Positions 1 to 7,448 of a stretch of DNA of 64,000 nt are shown here, in pieces. The stretch's first letter is position 1. Each line of letters begins with the position of its first letter. Source of the DNA: Oribacterium sp. (GTDB lineage: Bacteria > Bacillota > Clostridia > Lachnospirales > Lachnospiraceae); NCBI GenBank assembly GCA_024689585.1, contig JAILDF010000074.1:6-64005 (forward strand). Reading direction: 5' to 3'. The notes under the pieces are model-generated. The model saw only the letters and a list, made by a program, of their open reading frames with translations, was not told the DNA's origin and ran no database searches. A program made the translations under genes and the position numbers.

Positions 1-1149
1 TGCAAGATTCATTCTGAGGTGACAATTGCCGTGGAACATTCTTCCGTCCTGAATGGCTACACCAACGTCCCATGCCGCATGTTCAATGTCGTCAATGGTT
101 TTTCCGTGCTTTTCACACCACTTTGTGCAGTTGACAAAAAGCATATATGTACCCTGTGGTTTACAAACCTCCACGCCCTCGAAGTGATCCTTTATATAAC
201 CGCACGCATAATTAATGTTTTCGCTGAGTACCGCTTTTAATTCATCTACCCATTCGTATCCCTCCGGCTTGTAAGCTCCGATGAGGGCGTGCATTGATAA
301 TACATTCATCTCATTGTAGTGAGATAATGAGGATTCCTTCTCGACACGGTCTCTTATCCATTTGTTGTAAATTATGTGATAGCTGCCCACAAGTCCTGCA
401 AGATTGAAGGTTTTAGAGGGGGCATACAATGCTACCGTACGCATTCTCGCATCTTCCGAGACTGACTGAGTAGGAATATGCTTGTGATTATTCAGAATGA
501 TATCTGACCATATTTCATCAGAGATTACGAAGACATCATGTTTTTTGAAAAGCTCCATGGCCTTTTCTATTTCCCACTTCTCCCAAACACGCCCGCAAGG
601 GTTATGGGGAGAACAGAAAATAGCGGCATGAATCTTATTCTCGATGATCTTCTTTTCCATATCATCGAAATCCATTCGCCATATGTTTTGATCATCAATG
701 TAAAGCGGACTATGCACGATATTGTATCCGTTGTTTTTTAGTGACATGGTGAAACCGATGTATGTGGGACTGTTCACGAGAACATTATCACCCTTGGAAC
801 AGAATACGTTCAGCGCACTTATCACTCCTCCTAAAACTCCGTTTTCATAGCCTATAGCATCTTTTGTAAGTCCGGAAACAGAATTTCTTGTTTCATGCCA
901 TTTGATAATTGAGTTAAAGTATTCATCTGTTGCATTGAAGTAACCAAATGCAGGATGCTTGGCTCTCTCAATTATGGCTTCCTGTATTGTGGGCACAGTA
1001 GGGAAATTCATATCCGCAACCCACATCGGAATGATATCAAAACCCTCTTTTGGCAGTTCAGGAGTAAATCCCGGCATAGTGCCGAGACCGTCAACGGCAA
1101 TAGAATCCCTGCCTTTCCTGTCCATAATGGAAACAAAATCGTATTTCAT
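1..1149 (-). CDS. MalY/PatB-family PLP-dependent aminotransferase / cystathionine beta-lyase (3' end runs off the window)
   Basis: Not in the ORF track. Manual translation from ATG 1149 (RBS AGGAGG) gives MKYDFVSIMDRKG...PMWVADMNF...SPHNPCGRVW...SDEIWSD...APSKTFNLAG, the class I/II aminotransferase PatB motifs. Confidence 0.9.
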   Translation of the reverse strand, partial: MKYDFVSIMDRKGRDSIAVDGLGTMPGFTPELPKEGFDIIPMWVADMNFPTVPTIQEAIIERAKHPAFGYFNATDEYFNSIIKWHETRNSVSGLTKDAIGYENGVLGGVISALNVFCSKGDNVLVNSPTYIGFTMSLKNNGYNIVHSPLYIDDQNIWRMDFDDMEKKIIENKIHAAIFCSPHNPCGRVWEKWEIEKAMELFKKHDVFVISDEIWSDIILNNHKHIPTQSVSEDARMRTVALYAPSKTFNLAGLVGSYHIIYNKWIRDRVEKESSLSHYNEMNVLSMHALIGAYKPEGYEWVDELKAVLSENINYACGYIKDHFEGVEVCKPQGTYMLFVNCTKWCEKHGKTIDDIEHAAWDVGVAIQDGRMFHGNCHLRMNLA

Positions 1150-1210
1150 TAAAACCTCCTTAATCACTTACGTTATCAGTAATATATCACATAAATTTAT
1201 CTATCCAGAC

Positions 1211-1247
1211 AAAAAGAAAGGACTTCCGAATTTTCGTAAGTCCTTTC
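1211..1247 (-). terminator. Intrinsic terminator downstream of tRNA-Trp
   Basis: Inverted repeat GAAAGGACTT...AAGTCCTTTC followed by a T-run on the minus strand. Confidence 0.7.
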
Positions 1248-1267
1248 ATTCTGCTCTTTTTATGGAG

Positions 1268-1338
1268 CAGGGGTTGAGGGATTCGAACCCCCATGAGCGG
1301 TTTTGGAGACCGATATCTTACCATTGGATGAAACCCCT
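1268..1338 (-). tRNA. tRNA-Trp (CCA), 71 nt, CCA end not encoded
   Basis: AGGGGTT-TC-ATCC-AATGGTA-AGAT-A-TCGGT-CTCCAAA-ACCGC-TCAT-GGGGG-TTCGAAT-CCCTC-AACCCCT-G folds as a cloverleaf with anticodon CCA and discriminator G73. Confidence 0.95.
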
Positions 1339-1367
1339 GAGTGTCGCTCTCTTCAAGCGACTTGTAT

Positions 1368-1396
1368 AATATACCGATTATTTTCTCCTACGTCAA
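1368..1396 (-). promoter_or_regulatory. Sigma-A promoter of tRNA-Trp
   Basis: TTGACG-17 bp-TATATT on the minus strand. Confidence 0.7.
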
Positions 1397-1450
1397 GCAC
1401 TTTTTTGAAATTTCACCGATAGCGCCACCGGCTGAACTGAAAAAAGGTAA

Positions 1451-1494
1451 GAAAATGCAAGGGGGGTGGCCCGTCACGCGTCCCTTGCATTTTC
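1451..1494 (-). terminator. Terminator after radA
   Basis: GAAAATGCAAGGG...CCCTTGCATTTTC hairpin followed by T-rich sequence on the minus strand. Confidence 0.6.
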
Positions 1495-1546
1495 TGTGCC
1501 ATTTCACAGGATTCATCTTCACCGGCTGAACTGTTACCAGTACTTT

Positions 1547-2935
1547 TTATTTTTTCATTATCTGCAGTGCTTCGCGAATGTTTCTCACCGGAATAAGCTG
1601 CACATCCTTCAGGTTTCGATCATTCAGCTTTTTGGCATGATATGCCGGAAGCACAACCTTGTTGAAACCGAGTCTAACGGCTTCCTCCACTCGCTGCTCT
1701 GCATTGGAAACCGCACGTACTTCCCCTGAGAGACCAACTTCCCCAAAGATCATGATGTCATCGCTTATCTCGATATTCATGTAAGATGAGATCAGGGACA
1801 TGATGATGGCGAGATCCATGGAAGGCTCCGCGATATGCAATCCTCCCGTGATATTTAAGTAAGCGTCATACTTCCCGATCTCGAGATTCAGGCGTCTTTC
1901 GATGATGGCGATCAACATGTTGAGACGATTATAGTCAAAACCGTTGGTGGTTCTTCTGGGCAGGTTAAATGCAGTCTGAACAACGAGCCCCTGAATCTCT
2001 ATAAGAAGAGGTCTGGTGCCCTCCATGCCGCAGGAAACTACAGATCCTGAAGCTCCTATGGGACGTCCGGAAAGAAGCAGCTCTGAAGGATTCAGAACCT
2101 CATGAAGACCGGAGCCTTCCATTTCGAAGACAGCGATCTCATTGGTGGAACCGAATCGGTTTTTCTGTCCGTGCATGATGCGGAGGCTGCCGCTGCTCTC
2201 ACCTTCAAAATAGAGAACCACATCCACCATGTGCTCAAGAATTTTGGGACCGGCAACATTACCATCCTTGGTCACGTGACCGACTATAAAGATGGCGATG
2301 CCGTTTTCCTTGGCAAGCCTTAGGAGCTGAGCCGATGATTCCCGAACCTGGCTGACTGATCCGGGAGCTGCGGTTACTGTTTCTGTATACATGGTCTGGA
2401 TGGAATCGATGACCACGAAGTCCGGCTGTTCCTCCTGAACTGTGGCTACTATATTTTCAATGTTGGTCTCTGTCATGAATTTGAGATCACCGCTTATATC
2501 TACTATCCTCTCGGCTCTCATCTTTATCTGTTTGAGACTTTCCTCACCGGAAATGTAGAGCGCTTTTTTCTTTGATTCCGCAGACAGATTTCTGGAAACT
2601 TCAAGGAGCAGGGTGGATTTTCCGATTCCCGGGTCACCGCCTAAAAGAACCAGAGATCCCACAACTATTCCTCCACCCAGAACTCTGTCAAGCTCGCGAA
2701 AACCTGTGGGGATTCTGTCTTCCTTTTGCAGGGAGATTTCGTCTATCCTAACCGGTTTTTGTCTGATAGGTCGTATACCTCCCGATGATTTACCTGTGGA
2801 TTTCGAAAATCCTAAAGGAACTATCGGTTCTTCGACAAAAGAATTCCAGGCGCGACAGCCGGGACACTGCCCCAGCCACTTGGCGGATTCGTATCCGCAT
2901 TCTTTGCAAAAATATTTCGATGTTGCTTTTGCCAT
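1547..2935 (-). CDS. radA: DNA repair protein RadA/Sms
   Basis: C4 zinc finger (CKEC...CPGC), Walker A GDPGIGKS, KNRFG motif, Lon-like C-terminus. Confidence 0.97.
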   Translation of the reverse strand: MAKATSKYFCKECGYESAKWLGQCPGCRAWNSFVEEPIVPLGFSKSTGKSSGGIRPIRQKPVRIDEISLQKEDRIPTGFRELDRVLGGGIVVGSLVLLGGDPGIGKSTLLLEVSRNLSAESKKKALYISGEESLKQIKMRAERIVDISGDLKFMTETNIENIVATVQEEQPDFVVIDSIQTMYTETVTAAPGSVSQVRESSAQLLRLAKENGIAIFIVGHVTKDGNVAGPKILEHMVDVVLYFEGESSGSLRIMHGQKNRFGSTNEIAVFEMEGSGLHEVLNPSELLLSGRPIGASGSVVSCGMEGTRPLLIEIQGLVVQTAFNLPRRTTNGFDYNRLNMLIAIIERRLNLEIGKYDAYLNITGGLHIAEPSMDLAIIMSLISSYMNIEISDDIMIFGEVGLSGEVRAVSNAEQRVEEAVRLGFNKVVLPAYHAKKLNDRNLKDVQLIPVRNIREALQIMKK

Positions 2936-2961
2936 GATCTTCCTTTATTAAAAACTATATA

Positions 2962-3020
2962 TGACACGGGGATGGTTTCCGGAGTCATCGATGGATGACA
3001 TGAAAACCGTCCCCGTGTCA
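2962..3020. repeat. REP-like palindromic element, copy 1 (GGGGAYGGTT/AACCGTCCCC family)
   Basis: TGACACGGGGATGGTTT ... AAACCGTCCCCGTGTCA arms with an inner GTCATC/GATGAC stem. The same core occurs at 25182-25215. Confidence 0.65.
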
Positions 3021-3055
3021 CTGGATTTATTACCTGATATAACTGTCGTGCAGTT

Positions 3056-5641
3056 TTAGTCTTTTGCTTTAGCCTCCGGAGTTGTATCGGTGGCTTTTGC
3101 TCTCGGTTTTCTGATAGTGGTTTTTCTGGCAGAAGTTTTTTCCCTGGCAGCAGGTTTCTTCACTGCCGCCTTTTTAACAGGTTCTGCCACTTTGTTCTGC
3201 CCTCCGAATTTAAGCGCATTTCCGTCCTTGTCCACGGTTATCTTTACGGTGGAATTTTCGGGAATATTTCCATTCAGGATCTCTTCCGCCAGCTTGTCCT
3301 CAAGTTCTGTCTGGATGGTTCTTCTCAAAGGTCTTGCACCGAATTTAGGGTTGAAGCCCTTTTCGATGAGCCATTCCTTGGACTTTGTATCAAGGCTGAT
3401 CTTAAGGTTCATCTGTGAGCTTGCACGGTTGATGACGTCTCTCATCATGATGGACAGGATATCCTTCATGTTTTCCTTTGTGATCTGGTGGAAAACGATG
3501 ACCTCGTCAATTCTGTTAAGGAATTCCGGCTTAAAGAGACGGTGAACCTCGTCCATTACACGGCTCTGCATAAACTGGTAATCCTTTTCCTGAGATCCGT
3601 CACCGGTATCAAATCCGAGACGCTTGGGACTCACTATCTGCTCGGCTCCTGCATTGGAAGTCATGATAATGATGGTATTCTTGAAGGAAACCTTTCGTCC
3701 CTGAGCATCGGTTATATGACCGTCATCCAGTACCTGGAGAAGGATGTTAAGAACGTCCGGATGGGCCTTCTCGATCTCATCGAAGAGGATGACAGAATAA
3801 GGATTACGTCTCACCTTTTCGCTGAGCTGGCCGCCTTCGTCATATCCCACATATCCCGGAGGTGAACCAATCATCTTTGACACGCTGTACTTCTCCATAT
3901 ATTCGGACATATCAACCCGGATCAGGTTATTCTCGGAACCAAACATGGCTTCTGCCAATGCCTTGGAAAGCTCAGTCTTACCTACACCTGTAGGTCCCAG
4001 GAACATGAAGGAACCGATAGGACGTTTTGGATCCTTAAGGCCTACACGGCCTCTTTTGATTGCTTTAGCAACAGCGGAAACAGCCTCTGTCTGTCCCACA
4101 ACCCTCTTGTGAAGAGTGTCCTCAAGACGCATAAGCTTTTCTGTTTCGCCCTCTGTAAGCTTCTGAACGGGGATCTTTGTCCACTCGGAGACAACATTGG
4201 CAATGTCGGTTTCCGTAACGTGAAGAACATTATCTTCTTTGGACTTCTGCCATTTTTCTATTTCCTTATCAAGCCTGAGCTTTTTCTGCTCCTGCTTTTT
4301 CTTTATCTCTGAAGCGCCTTCGAAATCCTCTTCCCGGATGCACTGTTCCTTATCGTTCTCCAGGTCATCTATCTGCATACGCAGTTTCTTGATAGCCTGA
4401 GGTTCTCCGGAAGCGGTTATACGTATCTTTGAAGCGGCTTCGTCAATAAGGTCGATGGCCTTGTCGGGAAGATATCTGTCATTGATATAACGTTCGGACA
4501 AAGACACAGCGGCTTTTAATGCTTCATCATCTATGACAACGTGATGGTGTTCCTCGTACTTTGGAGCTATGCCCTTAAGGATATCATAGGTCTCATCCTC
4601 TGAAGGTTCATCTACCGTTACCGGCTGGAAACGACGTTCAAGAGCCGCATCCTTTTCGATATGCTTTCGGTATTCGTCGAGAGTTGTTGCACCGATGATC
4701 TGGAGTTCTCCACGGGCCAGAGCCGGTTTAAGGATATTGGCAGCGTCCAATGCTCCTTCCGCACCGCCGGCACCGATGATGGTATGTATCTCATCGATAA
4801 ACAAAAGAACATTACCGTCATTTCTTGCTTCGGCAATGACACGCTTTATACGTTCTTCAAATTCACCTCTGTATTTGGAACCTGCCACCATACCTGAGAT
4901 ATCCAGGGTGACAAGTCGTTTGTTCTGAATGGTTTCGGGAACATCCCCCGAATAGATCCTCTGGGCCAGACCTTCCACAACTGCGGTTTTTCCGACTCCC
5001 GGTTCTCCGATAAGACAGGGATTGTTTTTTGTTCTTCTTGACAGTATCTGGATGACTCTCATGATCTCAGAGCTTCTTCCGATAACAGGATCCAGCTTTC
5101 CGTTAGCTGCCATATCGGTAAGGTCTCTGGAATACTGGTCCAGGGTTGGAGTGTCGGAACGCTTGGGCTGTTGTGACTGACGCGGTGTACGCTCATCGGT
5201 TGCCGGATCCTGGTTGATTACAGCCATAAGCTGCTGATAGATACGCTGGGCATTGCCTCCCAGTGTAGCAATGATCCTGGAGGCAACACAGCCTGTATCT
5301 TTAAGGAGCGCAACAAGTATATGCTCTGTACCGACAAGTCTTGAACCTGCTCGCATGGCCTCCTGCATGGAATTCTCCATTATCTTCTTGGCTGAAGGTG
5401 TATAACCTGCCCGGTCAGTAACGGCAACATTGCTGTCCGGTGATATGAATTTGGAGATCATTTCCCGGATCCTGTCTTCATTGATGCCGTTGGACTGGAG
5501 AACCTTGGAGGCTACAGAAGTGCCTTCACGTCTCAGTCCCAGGAGAATATGTTCTGTGCCTATGTAATTGTGCCTGAGTTCCTCTGCCGCCTCTATGGCA
5601 AGCTGTAAGGAACGCTGAGCCTGAATAGTAAATTGATTCAT
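3056..5641 (-). CDS. clpC: ATP-dependent Clp protease ATP-binding subunit ClpC
   Basis: Two Clp-N repeats, AAA1 (GEPGVGKT), UVR coiled coil, AAA2 (GPTGVGKT), LGF ClpP-binding loop, GARPLRR. Basic C-terminal tail. Confidence 0.95.
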   Translation of the reverse strand: MNQFTIQAQRSLQLAIEAAEELRHNYIGTEHILLGLRREGTSVASKVLQSNGINEDRIREMISKFISPDSNVAVTDRAGYTPSAKKIMENSMQEAMRAGSRLVGTEHILVALLKDTGCVASRIIATLGGNAQRIYQQLMAVINQDPATDERTPRQSQQPKRSDTPTLDQYSRDLTDMAANGKLDPVIGRSSEIMRVIQILSRRTKNNPCLIGEPGVGKTAVVEGLAQRIYSGDVPETIQNKRLVTLDISGMVAGSKYRGEFEERIKRVIAEARNDGNVLLFIDEIHTIIGAGGAEGALDAANILKPALARGELQIIGATTLDEYRKHIEKDAALERRFQPVTVDEPSEDETYDILKGIAPKYEEHHHVVIDDEALKAAVSLSERYINDRYLPDKAIDLIDEAASKIRITASGEPQAIKKLRMQIDDLENDKEQCIREEDFEGASEIKKKQEQKKLRLDKEIEKWQKSKEDNVLHVTETDIANVVSEWTKIPVQKLTEGETEKLMRLEDTLHKRVVGQTEAVSAVAKAIKRGRVGLKDPKRPIGSFMFLGPTGVGKTELSKALAEAMFGSENNLIRVDMSEYMEKYSVSKMIGSPPGYVGYDEGGQLSEKVRRNPYSVILFDEIEKAHPDVLNILLQVLDDGHITDAQGRKVSFKNTIIIMTSNAGAEQIVSPKRLGFDTGDGSQEKDYQFMQSRVMDEVHRLFKPEFLNRIDEVIVFHQITKENMKDILSIMMRDVINRASSQMNLKISLDTKSKEWLIEKGFNPKFGARPLRRTIQTELEDKLAEEILNGNIPENSTVKITVDKDGNALKFGGQNKVAEPVKKAAVKKPAAREKTSARKTTIRKPRAKATDTTPEAKAKD

Positions 5642-5665
5642 GTTTTACCACCTTTCATCAAGAAT

Positions 5666-5694
5666 ATTCTAGAACATTTGTAGGAGTTAATCAA
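5666..5694 (-). promoter_or_regulatory. Putative sigma-A promoter of clpC-radA
   Basis: TTGATT-17 bp-TAGAAT on the minus strand, just upstream of the clpC RBS. Confidence 0.55.
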
Positions 5695-5726
5695 CTTGCA
5701 GTAGATTTGGCTACGGAAATTTTTTC

Positions 5727-5762
5727 AAAAAAAAGCAGACGCCATAGTGAGTGACGTCTGCT
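5727..5762 (-). terminator. Terminator after the cohesin/cadherin-like gene
   Basis: AGCAGACG...CGTCTGCT hairpin followed by T8 on the minus strand. Confidence 0.7.
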
Positions 5763-5774
5763 GCTTATTACTTT

Positions 5775-7409
5775 TTATAAATCCTCGATATCAAGTCCGC
5801 TGTCAGAGGAAGATGTTTCATTTGCTTCAGAAGCATCGGCTGAAGCAGTCTTTGAATTCTTCAGGTTGGATTTCTTCCATTCCTTATTGAAGTCAAAGGC
5901 TCTTGTTGCTTCCATATCCTCATTTGGAACAGAGCTTTTACTTTCTGCCGGTGTGTCATCTTCTTCATCAAGGTCTTCAAGATCAAGTCCGGAGCTTGCT
6001 GCAACCTGGGATGGACTCTCAGCCTTATTATAGTCTGCCTGCTCATCCTTTGTTATGATCCTGGTCATCTCAAGTTCCGGATCCAATGAATCTTCAGAGG
6101 AAACGGAATCGGCATCATGACTAAGTCTGTTAAAGGCAATGGTCTCATCTGAAGGTACTGAGTCATCGGATGATGCAGTCCCGGAATCTTTCTGATCCTT
6201 CAGACTGCGAAGTGCACCATTCTGTGGCATGTGTCTTCTCTGTGTGAGCACAACGATCATAAAGATCAGAAGGATAATGACTATTCCGCCGAGTACACAT
6301 GCAAGTATGAACATGCTGTTATACTGACCTACAAGCTTGTCATATCTCTCAACTACTTCCGGATACTTTTCAGCGCTTGTCTTAATGTCTTCAGCGACAG
6401 GATCCTCAAAATATCTCTGGAGAGTCTTCTCCTGAAGATCATATCTGTAGAAGTTCAGCTCTCCGGCATCATTCATACCGTAAACGATGCAATACTGGTG
6501 GTCTGAGTCATGCTTCCATACCCAGCCCTTAACCTGATGACCGTCTATATCAATGGTACTCTCTGCAAAGCCCTCAGGTACCACAACATCTGAACCCGGG
6601 TTCATGATGGTAATGGTCTTTTCCTTGGAGCTGAGTTTTACACCTTCATTTACGGTTTCGGTAGGAACTCCGGCCTGTGCGGCATCGCCTGCAGTCGGAC
6701 CACCTTCCTGTTTGGTTACCTTGATGTTGTAGGTTGCCTGGGTGGATCCATCCGCAGCAGTTACTGTGATGGCAACATTGTTCTCACCCATATTAAGCTG
6801 TTCGTTTCCGGTAACGGCTACTGTTGCGCCGGAATCAGCAGTGACAGCATTGATGGCAAGAGTATCTACACTTGTACCGACGATAACAGAGTACTCGGTT
6901 ACGTTATTTGCAAACTCAGGTGTCAGGGTTCCCGGTGATACCACGAGGGAACCGAGTATGGCATTGTTGGAAGCGGCGGCTGCAGATGAAATGGTGACAT
7001 TTGAGGAACCCTGATGGGTTATCTCGGCTATAGACTCATCTGTGTCATAAACTTCAAAGTTTGAAATGCTTATCTTCGCATTTCCTGATGCCAGAGTATT
7101 GAATTTGAGGTTGTACTCAAGGGTTCCGGTTTCAGCACCATTGGTGGCACCATTGACACGAATGGTTCCGGCTCCGCCCTCTGCGTCTGTTCCGCTGATG
7201 AATTCAAGAAGACTTGAATCGTAGCCAAGGGTGATGTCAGAACGTGACAATGCTCCGTCAGAGCTTGAAACCTTCATGGTGACATTGACTTCGGAACCTA
7301 CTGTGACGGTGGGGTCTGAAAATGATATGGATGCTGTGGCAGCCAATGCCTGCATTGACAATAATACTGATATGGCAGCTGTTGTCAGAAAATATTTAAA
7401 ATGTCTCAT
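5775..7409 (-). CDS. Single-pass surface protein: signal peptide, cohesin-like domain, cadherin-like beta-sandwich, TM helix, acidic cytoplasmic tail
   Basis: Signal peptide (…QALA), cohesin-like segment (VTVGSEVNVTMKV...YDSSLLEF), cadherin-like segment (NAILGSLVVSPGTLTPEF...VTAADGS..TYNIKVTK), TM MFILACVLGGIVIILLIFMIVVL, D/E/S-rich tail. Confidence 0.75.
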   Translation of the reverse strand: MRHFKYFLTTAAISVLLSMQALAATASISFSDPTVTVGSEVNVTMKVSSSDGALSRSDITLGYDSSLLEFISGTDAEGGAGTIRVNGATNGAETGTLEYNLKFNTLASGNAKISISNFEVYDTDESIAEITHQGSSNVTISSAAAASNNAILGSLVVSPGTLTPEFANNVTEYSVIVGTSVDTLAINAVTADSGATVAVTGNEQLNMGENNVAITVTAADGSTQATYNIKVTKQEGGPTAGDAAQAGVPTETVNEGVKLSSKEKTITIMNPGSDVVVPEGFAESTIDIDGHQVKGWVWKHDSDHQYCIVYGMNDAGELNFYRYDLQEKTLQRYFEDPVAEDIKTSAEKYPEVVERYDKLVGQYNSMFILACVLGGIVIILLIFMIVVLTQRRHMPQNGALRSLKDQKDSGTASSDDSVPSDETIAFNRLSHDADSVSSEDSLDPELEMTRIITKDEQADYNKAESPSQVAASSGLDLEDLDEEDDTPAESKSSVPNEDMEATRAFDFNKEWKKSNLKNSKTASADASEANETSSSDSGLDIEDL

Positions 7410-7448
7410 GAATACCTCTTTGTTGTTTTCATACTTAACTTTATTATT

